Below, piece after piece: positions 11,440 through 26,096 of a DNA stretch of 64,000 nucleotides. Position 1 is the first letter of the stretch. Each line of letters starts with the position of its first letter. Source of the DNA: Octopus vulgaris. Taxonomy: Eukaryota. A program made the position numbers and the translations under genes. The notes beneath the pieces were generated by a model. It was not told the origin of the DNA. It ran no database searches and worked only from the letters and a program-made list of their open reading frames with translations. The stretch is from positions 40,672,001-40,736,000 of the forward strand of contig OX597823.1 in assembly GCA_951406725.2 (NCBI GenBank), written 5' to 3'.

Positions 11440-12624
11440 ATCCATGGGCAAAGTAGTAAGCAAAGTAGTAAGCATTTATTTTTGCTTCTTGACTAATTTC
11501 ATCTCTATTTGGAGACTCATGGGAAATGAAACTTACTTGGATATCATCGAAATTCTTACTTCCCACGGTGAGATATGAAAATAAAAATAGTAGGTATGTA
11601 TACCTAGCTTAGGTTTTAGATATTAAAAATATCACAAAATACAGTGAAACAACCAGCAGAACTTTTACTAAGCATGCTGTCTGGCACTTATCCAAAAATC
11701 AGTTTATTACCTGGAATGGGATGTACTTTACTAAATAAGATAACTAAATAAGTCCAAGACTTTGGTTGGTTGTAACATGAAATTATTAGCAGACACGCAT
11801 TTTTAAGATAGCATTTTTGAATTTTTTTTATATTGAAACCTCAAATTACATATTATATATTCAATACATATGAGTTATGCTATATTGCCCCCCCCCCCAC
11901 TTTTTTTCAAGATGTCAATAACAAGCATCTTATAAAGACATCTATGTCACCGTTGTCATCGTCGTCGTTGTCTTCGACATCGTCATCTCCGTCATCGTTG
12001 TCATTTTAACCTCATTGTCATTGTCAATACCTTCTTCATATTCTATATTGTATTTTAAATTTCCTTTCATAATGGTGATGATTATGACGATAATAATAAT
12101 GATTATCATGACGATGATGATGGAATTAATATTGAGGAAGAGAACAGCGAATAGATCGATTTACAAGGGAAGATATCTTGTGACCCAGAGTTTACAAATC
12201 GGTTGCCATCGCCTCACACTATTCTCTCTACAAACATATATCCTCCATAACTTCTCTTTTCTGCCTAACTCCACTCCATAACTTTAAATTAAGCTCCACG
12301 CTTAATTACCACCGTATTGATTATTATGTCAAATTAATTGCCATCACAGCCGAGACGTCTCTCACAGCCGATCAGAAGGAGTTGAGAACCAGGTGTGGCT
12401 GAATTTGATTAGAACAGCAGAAAGGATGTTTGATTAAATTTGGGTAGCATAGACATTAATGGTAGCATAGACATTCATGTTAGTGTTGATGGCGGGGAAG
12501 TGGTTACACTGAGAGATGGAGGCAATATGTAGGTGTAGTGCTTCGACTTAATTAATACCCGAACTCATTAATAATAACCAGACAGCGGGGGATACCGAAA
12601 TTTAGTTGTTATACCTAAGTGCAG

Positions 12625-12870
12625 ATGCGTGGCCTAGTGGTTAACGTGTTGCACTCATGATTACAAAATCATGGTTTCGACTCCTGGATCGAGCAAGGTG
12701 TTATATTCTCGAATAAAACATTTCGTTTCACGTTGCTCCAGTTCCCTCAGCCGTAAAATGAGTAACCCAACATCAGCCTAGAGTCTCACTTAGAGGTAAT
12801 GTTGTGATTTCAGTCACATATACGCCACAGAAACCGGGTAACTGGCCCTATGAGTCCTCAGACTCAAGAC
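12625..12870 (+). mobile_element. SINE family C copy (tail variant 3)
   Basis: tRNA-like head GCGTGGCCTAGTGGTTAAC...GGTTTCGACTCC and core TTTCACGTTGCTCCAGTTC.CTCAGC shared with 63627-63954. Confidence 0.7.
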
Positions 12871-12894
12871 AGTAATGTACGTAATAATCCTACG

Positions 12895-13097
12895 ATAAGC
12901 ACAAGGCCTGAAATTTAGTGGGAGTTGGCCAGTCGATTATATCGACCCCAATGTTCAACTAGTCCTTGTTTCATAGATACCGAAAGGGTGAAAGACGAAG
13001 TCGACCTCGGCAGAATTTGCACTCAGAACATACAGATGGACGAAGTGCCGCAAAGTACTTGTCCGGCGTGCTAAAGAATCTCCCTGCTCGCCGCCTT
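12895..13097 (-). mobile_element. SINE family A copy
   Basis: Reverse complement of the family A head and core (CTGCTCGCCGCC; GAAAGACGAAGTCGACCTCGGCAGAATTTG). Confidence 0.85.
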
Positions 13098-13217
13098 AAT
13101 GTGGATAATAATACTTAACATGTTTCGAACCCAGTCATTGTATGGTTTTGTTGTTAATGTTGATGTCTCTGATACTATTAGTTTGGGTTTTATAAGTCTG
13201 GTGACACTGTACTGATG

Positions 13218-13594
13218 TCCCCAAAATCCATCTCCTCCTCACCGTGGTGGGAACGCTGGCAACGGGTAGTGTCAGAGCTATACCGTCGGGAACTTCGGTT
13301 CCTGGTAGGGCCACCCTGGGCGGATTGGTCTGATGCCGAGTGGTATTAGGGCCACAACTCGGCAGACGGGGCTATGGTAAAAATCCTCGGAGTGTCTGTT
13401 TCTGCAACCGGCGGCTCCTCGGTAGTTCTGTCCCTGCGTCTGCGGACAATCTGCGGCAAACAGGATGTCTCTACTTGTGGGATTGTTGGGGACTGCTTGT
13501 GAAATCCACATATTCCCACGAAATTTCTTCCATGGTAGAAGAAGCCGACTCAACCCTCCCAGGGTGAATGTCGCCAAAAGTACAAGTAGTAAGT
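13218..13594 (+). mobile_element. Short non-autonomous RTE-derived retroelement (5' UTR plus 3' end) with 12-bp TSD
   Basis: TSD ACTGTACTGATG at 13206-13217 and 13595-13606. The 5' part CACCGTGGTGGG...GAGCTATACCGTCGGG...CCTGGTAGGGCCACCC resembles RTE-clade 5' UTRs, it ends in a short (AAGT/AGT) tail, and it has no RT ORF. Confidence 0.7.
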
Positions 13595-14905
13595 ACTGTA
13601 CTGATGGTTACAGTGATGTCAGTGATGTAGTAGCGTTCATAACTTTCCCTGAAATTGATTGCAGAGTCGGTCAGTACTTGTATTTTTCAGGCAGCGGAAA
13701 TTTCGATGAGTCATTAGAGAGTTATGGGTAATACCTTTGCAATATTTGTTTCGGTCCTCTGCTGTTTGAGTTCAAGAAGCAGGAGGGATATAAGCAATTT
13801 TACACTTGTATACATTTCGCAGTCTAGCCAAAATTGTAGGCATACCTAAATTATGCTGTATACTGCATAATTAACTAATTAATTAGCTAAATAGTTTTCA
13901 ATGTTTTATGCCGTTTGTTTCTCCTTTCATCTTTTCGAGGTTGTTAAATAAAGCAACAAACAGTTCTGTACTGGTGCCGATTCTGTTTGCCTCTCTCTCC
14001 TCTCTCTCTTTCTCTATCTCTCTCTCTATCTTTCACTTGAATAATTAGGCTGTGGTTATGAGGTTTCTGTCTCAATACATGACGTCACTACGAACTACAT
14101 CAGCAGATGAGGTTTCCAAAATAAGGCAGTGTTCTTGGTAACAGTTTAGCGGAAATAGTAGTAGGGGCAGTTGTGCAAGTGATATTTGTGGTAGTAGTGA
14201 TAGTTTAAGTGATAGAAGGAGTAGTAGGGGTCGTGGTCCTCTTCGGTAAAGTAGTGATTACTATCGAGTGTAAGTGAGGATATCGTCGATGCTGTAGCTT
14301 GGCCAGTGGTGGGCTCTGATTTAACGAGATCTACAACAATCAAATGCTCCGGATATGACCAAGCGGTCTTTCATTCAGACACAATGTCATCAAGAACTAT
14401 ATTATCCAATGTGTATTTCCTATTCTTATAGGATGACAAAGTGCAATTTTAAAGAAGGTTTGGCTACCATTTCTATCAGGTTGAGCTCCCTCGGTCGAGA
14501 TTGTAGTTGTTGCTGTTGTAGATGAGTAGTCTATGGTGCTAGATATTTTATTACTAATGTTAATGTTATTGTTATTGTTATCCTGAGTGGAGATGGACTT
14601 CTTGAATGTGTTGATGGTTGAATAAATTCTCCAATGTTTATCAGCCCGGAAAGCCTGAAGTTCAAACAAAACGAACGAAAGAAGTTTTAATTAATGATAA
14701 TAATAATAATTTTGGCACAAAGCCAGCAATTTCAGGGATGGGAATAAGTCGATTACATCGACTCCAGTACCCGAGTGGTATTATTTTAATAATAATAACA
14801 GTAATGATTTCTTTTATTGGCTATCAAAGCAAATTATGAAGTAGGACGATAGAAAGACAGGCATCAGGTATAGGGGTTTACATATAATGAAATGAGAGGA
14901 AAAAT

Positions 14906-14936
<31 letters not shown>

Positions 14937-15149
14937 ATATAAATGTATACAATAAGATAGAGAAATGATGCATACATATCATATATATATATATAAATAA
15001 ATTAAATTAAAATTGGGTGATAGTGATGTTTTTCTTCTGACGCAGAAGGATCTCTGGGGATGATCGAGAAACTCTACTGTTGAAAATCTCACCGAACACC
15101 AGGAGCAAGAGCCCTGACTAATTCCTATTCTCCGACTCACAAGGCTAAA

Positions 15150-15189
15150 TGATGACGATAATGATGATGGTGATACTAATGACAATAAT

Positions 15190-15245
<56 letters not shown>

Positions 15246-15249
15246 TAGC

Positions 15250-15281
<32 letters not shown>

Positions 15282-15285
15282 TAAC

Positions 15286-15336
<51 letters not shown>

Positions 15337-15337
15337 T
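15150..15337. repeat. (TAA)n microsatellite
   Basis: Seen directly; part of a retroelement-studded TAA tract extending to ~17220. Confidence 0.95.
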
Positions 15338-15501
15338 ATGCCCATGTATTTTAATTTAACCTTAAAAATATGAACGAACTATTGAGTTTGGTTTAATGGC
15401 CTACCAATGTATACTATGAGTTTCTTTGCCCTAGGAGTCGGGAAGACGCTCGGCAAGAAATGGAAGCAAATTTGAAAGAAGAAGAAAATAATAATAATAA
15501 T

Positions 15502-16065
<564 letters not shown>

Positions 16066-16334
16066 CGGCGGTGCATCATAATAATGATGATGATGATACT
16101 TTCATTTATTTGCCACCAAGGTGAAAGATGAACGGGACAATTCAAAACAGACATAATGTGTGGGGGTTCACATATAAATGACAAAATGAATAACCAAAAC
16201 AAAATGAATAAACAAAACGAATAAACAAAAAGCATACGGTATACAATGAAAAGAAAGGAAAATATACATAGTATACAAAGGTTAACTAAAAAGGAGAGGG
16301 GATAATAATAACAACAACAACAACAACAACAACA

Positions 16335-16793
16335 ATACTAGACTAATAGGTGTTAATGTTCCCACTGATAAAAAAAACATATCTGTAAAGGAATTTGACA
16401 AATTAAGTAAATATAATAATTTGACGAATTAAGTAAATATAAGGACCTGGAAATTGAAATACAAAAAATGTAGCATCTTAAAGCGAGAACTGTTTTTGTT
16501 ATTATAGGAGCCCTCGGTATGATAAAGAAGGGATGTCAGAGACATCTAGATAACATCTCAGGAGATACATGTCTCAGAGAAGTCCAAAAGATTGTGCTGA
16601 CAAGTATCCTTAGAAAAACCCTATCAATTTAAATTTCTGTGATGAATTAAATGAAAATATTTCGCTACAGCCCTTGCCACTTCCTCTTCCCAAGCTTTCA
16701 GTCATATTGTAGCATCTCTTATCTTTCACTCGCCTTAGGACGCTGGGTGTGTCTCGGCAAGTGACTGTAATAAAAATGCAGATTAAAAGTAAA
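16335..16793 (+). mobile_element. R4/Dong-type LINE 3' fragment from a different subfamily, decayed
   Basis: LIGVNVPTDK..ISVKEFDKLSKYKDLEIEIQKM*HLKARTVFVIIGALGMIKKG...EVQKIVLT...LRKTLSI*, with a 26-bp internal tandem duplication near 16391-16442 and a (TAC)n/(TAA)n tail. Confidence 0.85.
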
Positions 16794-16846
<53 letters not shown>

Positions 16847-16869
16847 ATAATAATAATAATAATAATAAT

Positions 16870-17128
16870 ACGGAAGGAGTTCAGGGACAGTAGAACTTAG
16901 GAAGGGCATCTTCCAAGGGGACTGCCTGTCCCCACTGATCTTTGTACTATGCTTGATACCACTAACACTAATTCTGAGGAAAGCAAAAGCTGGGTATGTA
17001 TTGAAAAGCCGCCAACAAAATGTCAACCATTTGTTATTCATGGATGACCTAAAACTTTATGGTAAACCCCGGTAGACAAATTATCTTCAACCAGCAACCT
17101 GATGGTATTGTATACTGTGCGACGGCTA
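16870..17128 (+). mobile_element. R4/Dong-type LINE RT-core fragment joined to a short putative 3' end
   Basis: GTVELRKGIFQGDCLSPLIFVLCLIPLTLILRKAKAGYVLKSRQQNVNHLLFMDDLKLYGK (QGD.LSP and FMDD motifs), then ~60 nt, then (TAA)n. Confidence 0.88.
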
Positions 17129-17552
17129 TAATAATAATAATAATAATAATGATAACAATGATAACAATGATAATAATAATAACAATAACAATAATAATAA
17201 TGACAATAATAATAATCATGATAAGAATATATATTGTTGGTATTTGTATCATCTCTTGAAACCATCTTCGGTACTCTCTTAGTGCAATTCATCGCATGGA
17301 AGAATCTCTGAGGAGGGGTTCCATAATAATTCATAATTAGGTGTAGACGAGTTCATGAGTGGCTTTGAAACTTTATAACCGATCGTCTGATGTAACATGA
17401 TGGCTGATGTATGTGGGGAGTTCTTTAAAAAGGAAGGTAAAAAACAAAAAAAGAGACCAGTAAATCACTGAGGGGAAAATTACTTTTTTTTAATTAGCGT
17501 TTATTTTTCATACACATTGCGTTACAAGTTCCAATATATTAGCGTTAAAGTT

Positions 17553-17630
<78 letters not shown>

Positions 17631-17682
17631 AACTACTACTACTACTACTACCACCACCATCACCACCACCACCATCATCATC
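17553..17682. repeat. (TAC)n/(CAC)n microsatellite
   Basis: Seen directly. Confidence 0.95.
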
Positions 17683-18356
17683 ACAGCAACCGTTTTCTGC
17701 TCATGCGTCTGTGTATGAGAGAAAATCAAAAAAGGGATGAAGAGGGATAGAAATTAAGGATAGATTTGTGAGATTTTCCTTTACATTTCTCTTCCTCTCA
17801 CTCGTCCCATCTCTCTCCCTCTCTTTCACTCTCGCTCTTTCTCTGTACACTATCCTCAATTCCATCTGTCATCTTTAGTTCCCCTTCACACTCCCCCCCG
17901 TGATAACATTTCATTTCCTTCACGCATATCTCCTTTTCCTTTCCTTCAGGATTCTCCTACCGTGTCTTTCGTTTTCTCTCTTTTTTCTTATGCATTTCTA
18001 CTCCGTCTCTCTCTTTCTCTATTACCTTCCATTCCGGTCCACTTCAACTACAGTTATACCTTACACAACTTATAATTACACTTTTATCATCGCCATATTT
18101 TTCATGCTCTTAATCTTTTCCTGTCTCTTCATCATTCAGCTCCCGATTGCTTTATAATTTTCCCCGTACTGTATCTATTATCATGGTTTCCAAACTCAAC
18201 TTTAAACATTTCACCCAACCACATTCCCAATTCTTCCTCGCCATTTTTGCTCTTTTACACTCTTCTCCTTCCGATCATGCGACTTCATATATTCAAACTG
18301 AACAGTAATCCCGTAAACCACACCCAGATGTCACTATCTTCCACTATCATGGTCAA

Positions 18357-18660
18357 GGTATGTGGCTTAGTGGTTAGAGCAATCAGCTCACAATTGTAGG
18401 GTTGTGAGTTCGATTCCCAGTGGCGCTTTGCGTCCTTGAGCAAGACAATTTATTTCACTCGACTAAAAATAAGTTGCACCCGTAAATCAAAGGGGCAGCC
18501 TTGTCACGTTCGGTTGCACACTGAATTTTCATGAGAACTGTGTTAAGTGTATGCGTGTCTGTGGAGTGCTCAACCACTTGCACGTTAATTTCCCTTGCAG
18601 CATGTTCCGTTGATCGGATTAATCGGGACCCTTGTCGTCGTAACCGGCGGAGTGTCAGTC
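18357..18660 (+). mobile_element. SINE family C copy (tail variant 2) with probable 13-bp TSD
   Basis: Head GTGGCTTAGTGGTTAGAGC...GAGTTCGATTCCC; tail shared with 54397-54772; flanking direct repeat TCACTATCTTCCA at 18331-18343 and 18668-18680. Confidence 0.8.
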
Positions 18661-18909
18661 TAGTCTATCACTATCTTCCATCGATCTCACCATCCTAGGA
18701 GGTGTTACAAAGGTTACGGGCATTAATCGTCATCTTTTGCCTAACTTATATAAAAATGTGCAAGCTAGTTATTTGAGGGAAAAGTAACAACTAATTCTAG
18801 CAAGTAGAAGACCACATAGGGGTTGATTCACTCTACATCATTATTGTACAAGAATATTGTGGAGCAAACGAGCCTCGAAATTAGATAGAAGTACACTGTT
18901 GCCTTTTTA

Positions 18910-19129
18910 TCCTTTATATATATCTCAGTCATTAGACGGCGGCCATATTAGGGTACCGTTCTGAACCACTTTAAAAATTCCCCCAGTACTTGTTTCTTTT
19001 AAGGCTGGTACGTACTCTATCGGTCTCTTTTGCTGAACCACTAAGTTATGGGTACGTAAACAAACCAACACTGGTCGTCATGCGGCAAACCCAAATACAA
19101 CGACATACTCACTATTATATATGTGTGTG

Positions 19130-19165
<36 letters not shown>

Positions 19166-19325
19166 CGCGACGGTATTCTTCACAATTTCCTTCCACCAAA
19201 TTCGCACACACGGCATTGATCAGTCCGTAGTTATAGAAGAAGATATCTGAACAAGATGTCGCGCAGTGGGGCCGAACCCGAAGCCGCGTAGTTGCAGAGC
19301 GAACTCATTAATCACAGAACCATGT
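18910..19325 (-). mobile_element. SINE family B copy, decayed
   Basis: Collinear with 50776-51195 (CTCTATCGGTCTCTTTTGCTGAACCACTAAGTTA; internal TA repeat; CGCAGTGGGGCCGAACCCG). Confidence 0.75.
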
Positions 19326-20899
19326 CTGCTATTTCGTTATTATGAAGTAGTAATGTGACAACCAGCACAGGAGCTAATCTTGAGATTTAATTACAGGCAC
19401 GTAAATAACTAAAGAAGTAAAAACAGCGGGAGCTGTTTGTGAACACGGATACTGATAGGACATTCGCGAATGAAGCATTAATGCGTGATTTGCATACGTT
19501 ATTAAAAGTAATAGTTACGTTGGAGCCAGTCATGCAGTCTCTCTCTCTATCCTGCAAAACAAAAAAGACGCGAGCTTACTATATAAGACAACACGAAATC
19601 ATATCATATAAGAGCGTTAGAAAAGATAATGTGACATAAAAGAGGGGTTTACAATTACTTGAATAGCGTTGTAAAATAAATCTCCGCAAACATTCGCTTG
19701 TATTGTCTAACACGTTGCTGACTGACGCTCTTCCCTTAACGGAGCAAATTTTTCTTAACGCCAAATTGGAAACAACAATTTCGAGAAAACAGCCAATTAT
19801 ACTAAGGAAAGAACTCCTATTCTTGACAAGAAATAACCATAAAGATTCCAGTACACAGTTTTAGATGACTCTGCGTGACGTACACAGAATAAATAGCATT
19901 TATTTTTCTTAAGTCGTTTCAAGAGAGTAAAACATGATAGCATCGTGTTTCTAGCTCCACGGGAAGCCATATAAGAAACGTAATTCGGTCGCCATTTTAA
20001 AGTTGATGAATTATCACAAAGAATATTGAAGGACAGAAGAAGAAAATCACTATTTGGGATTTTCTTCAGCAATAAGAATTTTTTTAGCTTGTCAATGCAT
20101 TACATCTAATATCAATAATTCGTACGTTTTTGTTTCTTGCCAACGCTACCGAGATAGTTAATAAAATTCCACTTAATAAATAGAAAACTGCTGTATATAT
20201 CATAAAAATAAAACGAATGAGAGCGGGTACAAGAAGAAATGCAGCAATACATATGTGTCGTCGTTTATGATGTGTGTGTATGTGTGGGTAGTATGTATAT
20301 GTGAGCGCATATGTGTATATACGTAATATCGCATATGTGCCTCATGGTCAGTGTTTATATATATATATATAAATGGTTGTGTATGTGTGTGTGTGTGTGT
20401 ATGTGTATGCGTGCGCGTAATGGGTGTTATTTGAAATAGTTATTTGGCTGTCTCCACTTCTTTGCGTTCGTACAGCCCATATGTAGTAGCTGAAAGGGAT
20501 CCTTTCTTTAAGTTTCTATATATTCAAATACCTGTCAATGGGGGGTAAAATTCATTTTATGAAGGAAATTTTAGAGCACCAATTCAGATTTAATTCTCAC
20601 TTGATTTTCATTGCTTAATAAATATGTAATTTACTATACATTAACATATTAGCTACCAAGCCACACACTAACAATTAATTGTATACGTAAAGATGATATT
20701 TCAACAAATATCACGTATGGTTTCTAAATTGCTTTCATCGTTTCTACATTGATCCCACAACAGATACTTTAGACCTATTAGAAATATCAGAGAAATCTCA
20801 CTTAAGCCACGTAGCAAGTATGTGTAAGCCTCAGGAGGGAATTTTACAAAGTAGGGCTAATGAAGTTGATAGCGGAATATCCCTCGAATCACATATTAG

Positions 20900-20961
<62 letters not shown>

Positions 20962-20978
20962 TAAATTTAAATTCAAAA

Positions 20979-21046
<68 letters not shown>

Positions 21047-21061
21047 ATACTTTCTTCTGAC

Positions 21062-21435
21062 TCGTTACATTCTGAGTTCAAATCCCACCGAGGTATCTTT
21101 GCTTTTCATGCTTTCGAAATGGATCAACCGAATACCACTTGAGCAGTGAGGTCGATGTAATCAACTAGATTCCCCCTGCTCCCCACAAATTTGAAACTTC
21201 GTGTCTATAGTGGAAGCGATTACTATTATTATTATTGTATTCTATACGGGGCAAAATGCTTAGCAGCATTTCGTCCGTCTTTACGTTCTGGGTTCAAATT
21301 CCGCCGAGGTCGACTTTGCCTTTCATCCTTTGGAGATTGATAATTAAGTACCAGTCACACACAGGGGTTGATATGATCGATTAGACCATTTCCCCAAAAT
21401 TTCAGGCTCTGTGCTTTTATTAAAATGGATTATCG
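21062..21435 (+). mobile_element. Two tandem SINE family A copies separated by (ATT)n
   Basis: CTGAGTTCAAATCCCACCGAGG at ~21072 and CTGGGTTCAAATTCCGCCGAGGTCGACTTTGCCTTTCATCC at ~21288. Confidence 0.8.
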
Positions 21436-22072
21436 TTGTATTCTACTAAATATCCGTTGATACATATGTGTGTGTTTGTGTGTGTGTGTGTGGGTATGTG
21501 AATATGTGTGCATGTGTTTGTGTGTGTGTGTGTATGTTTTGTGTGTAAATATGTGCAGAAACACACGCAGATGGAGTGATTGATTCGATAAAAGAAACAC
21601 AACAATGAGTAAGTGACAAAATCAGTCCAGAAATAGAAAAACTGAGAAAAAATACTTGCTTAGGGGAGGAAAGATAATTTCGTTGAGATGGTCGTGTGTG
21701 TATGTTGACTTTTGAAAATTCCTTAAATGCTCCATTTAAAAAAAATATATATTGTAAAGAAAATGATGAAGAGTTAGAATTTTTAAAATGAAAGAGATGA
21801 ACACGAATATAAAATATATAAAAAAACGGAGACACAAGAAAAGGAAGAAGACAAGTATTATAACAACAAAACAAGGCAAAGTTATTTCCTAAAATATTTC
21901 GATTTTGTTCGAAAGTCTAAACATCTTTAGAAGATCAATCGAAGAACTGTTTATTATGTGGCTATATTTCTTCATACATATACACACGTATCGTCACTCT
22001 CTTCTCTCTCTCTCTCTCTCTACATCTCTTCTACCAGTCTGTCCGTCTGCCTGCCTGTCTGTCCTCTGTCTG

Positions 22073-22120
<48 letters not shown>

Positions 22121-22912
22121 CCTACTTATCTTTTTTTCTTTTACTTCTCGTTTGCTATATGCGTCTGTGTGTATGTGTATATTGCTTGTATGTGTATGTG
22201 TGCTTTGCGCGTGTGTGTGTATGTATGTGTGTATTGCATGTGTGTGTACAAGCATATATAAATATTCATCCCTAGGGGGGAACCAACATATGTATGTTAA
22301 AAATGTACATTTATACAAATATGTAATACACACACAAACGCACAAACACACACGATCACACACACACAGACGAAAACACCACACATTATATATATATATA
22401 TATACACACACATATATATCCAAACATATATATATATCCATACATATATACATATATATGTTTATATGCATATATATGTATCTATGTGTGTGTGTATATA
22501 TATATGTATATACATACACACACACACATATATATATATATATAATAGATATGTGTGTCGATACAAACACATATCTACATAAATACATTCATATACATTT
22601 ACATACATATATTCATGCTTAATTTCATATGTAGACGTATAAATACATTTATGTATTTACATACATATACATTTGTGTATGCTTCTGATTAGTGAAGAAG
22701 CAAAGACGGAATGTAGGAGAATAAATAGAAATATAAAAAAAAAAATGAAGGTGAATAAAAAGTGTGTAACGTAAACACATTTGTACGTAATTGGACATTG
22801 AAACTATAAATGAAGTATGTCTAGGTTAAAGTAATGGTAAGACTAAATATAAAAAGAACATCAACTCTGAAAGATTAATGTAGAACACGCAAATATATTT
22901 AGCGTCACTGAA

Positions 22913-22950
<38 letters not shown>

Positions 22951-24315
22951 GTGTGTGAAGATATAAAATTGTGTATATGTAGGTGATACATAGTATGGTT
23001 GCATCAACATTAGTGTAGGCGTGAGAAAGCAGCCTCCATATTAAATGCAGTGTAATATTATTTATTGGAAATGAAATCTTCGTAAGTTGTTATTCTGTCT
23101 CTATTGTTATCGACCTTTTGAAAACCAGCAAAAACGATGCTCTGATTAACAACTTGTGAAATTTCTACTTCCAACAAATCTAGTGACATGAATATGTGTA
23201 TGTGTGTGTGTATGTGTATGTGTGTGTGTCCGTTGATATTAGTGAACGAGCCAAAACCCCGCACTGAATAAGAACGCTCAAGTAGGGTTAGTAGTGAGTG
23301 CTCAGTAAATGCTCAATGCAACACAGATGGTGTAGTCTATGAAGCGGAGATGACATCTGATATCAACTAGAACCACAAAGACAGAGGTTTACACAGATAT
23401 ATGTTGGGAGCAGCCGACTGACCAATTATGGCCAAGCTAAATATTCATGGGTCTTCTGTTAAGATTCAAGAGGGGCGCAATATTGCCACATTAGCACGCT
23501 CTATATGACGATCAAAAGAGGAAGGAATGTTGTAAAAAGTCAACTGGAAGCTGCTAGAACGGCTCGTACCATAACGGCTTGTACCATGTAGAAGTTTCAA
23601 CTTTTGCTCGGTCGTGAGAAGATGCATTCTAAAACTTTCACAAGATCCGGGTTATCTTCCTGAATAAAAAAGCGAAATATTTCAATGCTGCTCTGTAGAC
23701 AAAATATTAATTTCGGCAACGTGGTCATCCCCCTTATCGGACTAGAAAACGGAAAACCTGAATATACACACAGTTGACCCTCTTCAGTTACAGCTGACAT
23801 AGTCCTATGGGTGGCAAATCTTTCCCCGCCCCGGAAAATGTAAGAACTTTCCATCTATTTTCGCCCCGCTTATTAGGGTCACCGAGAAAATTGGGACTGC
23901 AAATTTAACTTCAGCATAAAAGAGGTTATGGGCGTCCTGTCAGTTTGTTTGAAGGGTCGTCGATATTTCCAAGTGCAATTGTCAGCGTGAAATTGTCAGT
24001 AACATTCTGATGAGACATACGTCTTAACCTCTGGAACATGCTGCTCGACAATATAGAAAAGTGTCTGTGAACACACACAAGCACACTCACACGCACAGAT
24101 GACTTTTAATGTCAAGTTATACTGTAAAGAAAATGTAGCATTAAATTAAAAGTATATTCAATACATTTTAGTAAAGTACGTATTTAAAAACAACGAAAGA
24201 AGTTATCAAAAACTATACAATCGAAGAACCTCAGTAAAGCCGAGGCTGATGCAGGCGAGCAAGCCAAAACTTCAAAATCATCGACAACCTTTTCCTGGAA
24301 AAGTTAACACACACA

Positions 24316-24346
<31 letters not shown>

Positions 24347-24351
24347 CACAA

Positions 24352-24409
<58 letters not shown>

Positions 24410-24900
24410 ACACACAACTATATACTTTTTCTTAAGGTAGATTTGGCATTTATAATAAAAGTGAGAGGGATGGAAGGGAACAAGGAAAAGTAAGGAATCA
24501 CATGTTGTGGTCGCGTCTTTTGTGTAGAAAAGGATTTTAATATATACTGTTTTGAGTTTTGCGGCTAAATGGGATTTCTTTGTATTATAGGAATATACTA
24601 CAACCAACCCACCCCTTTTTATCTGCAAAAGTCAAATATATACGCATGAATACATATTTCTAAGTCCACACACGTACACGTGTATTCTAATTTCTAATTT
24701 ATCTGCTATATTGCATTTTCTCACATTATTTTTGACGGTGGAAAGACGGGGTTTTGTTTCAGGATACCCATTAAGGTGAAGCCATCCTTAACGTACTTTG
24801 AATTCAAAACAAATGAATGTAAGAAAATTCCGCAAGATATTTTAACCGAATATAGTGGCCTCATTTCACAATGGCTTACACAAAATGTGAAAGAAAGACA

Positions 24901-24938
<38 letters not shown>

Positions 24939-25732
24939 AACAAACAAACGTACACACACTCACACATTCACTCACACACACTCTCTCACATTTACATACA
25001 TACAGGAGGAGAATAAATAACACACAGGATAAGTAAGAAATTATACAAGTTACAGGTAATTTTGCGTTCTGAGAAATCAAAATATCTTAACGATTTTGAC
25101 AAATGCCTCCACCATAATAATTAGTCGGAAGCAAAACTAAAGACCTCATTAGAAGCAGAGAAGGGAAAGAGAGAGGGGGGGCGAGAGAGAGAGAGAGTGG
25201 TTATGCGTATCATAAAACGTTGCACATAGGCAACTAGAAATACATGTTAAAACTAATTACTTATGGAACATACATCCCCACACCGCGCACACATGCACAC
25301 CAGCAAATATAATCAGAATCCTATGCGTACATAAAAATCTGGCTTCATTCATTAAGTATTAGTAGACAAGTACTGTTAGTGAATGGTATATTTTAATTAT
25401 CAAATTATTGCATAAAGATAATTGTTCGTTAAATAGTTTACGTTTTTATACACTGTGTCTGGTTTATGACTGTAACATCTGATAATTATCTGGTAAAGCA
25501 AGTACTTTAATATGAGTCTATATGTATACATATATATATATATATATGTATATATACCTCATACTTGATGTATGCATAGTGTTTAACTTTTTTTTTGTGT
25601 ACTTATATGACACAGAGATAATTGTTATTCACCGTGCATATGTTTATGGTATTTTGTAGATTTTATTCTGATAGAGTATTTATTGACGAGAAACAAAAAT
25701 CAGGTAGCTATCACCTTAATTAAATATGCCAC

Positions 25733-25768
<36 letters not shown>

Positions 25769-26044
25769 TGTGTGTATGTGTGCGTGCGTGTGTGTGTATG
25801 TGTGTGTTTGCTCGTGTATTAGTATGCATATAGTAATACATATAATGTTTTGAAAGAAAGATATAGATAATTATAAAATGTTTATGTATACTGTATATAC
25901 ATTTTCTAACAGAACTATAGCTAATATATTTAAATTGACGTATTAAAATATACTATAAAATACAATATATGTGTTTCTACGGTTATATAAAAGGCAGACA
26001 TGTAGTTATATGTATGTGTGTGTGCGCGTATGTACGTGTGTGTG

Positions 26045-26096
<52 letters not shown>

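Noticed and set aside
24006-24030. CTGATGA-GAC-ATAC-GTC hammerhead-like start
   Set aside because: The required GAAA after stem II is absent (TTAA instead), and there is no stem I or III.
23400-24050. Relatively GC-rich unique block with an 85-aa ORF
   Set aside because: No recognisable protein motif in the frames I examined; probably an old decayed element, left unclassified.
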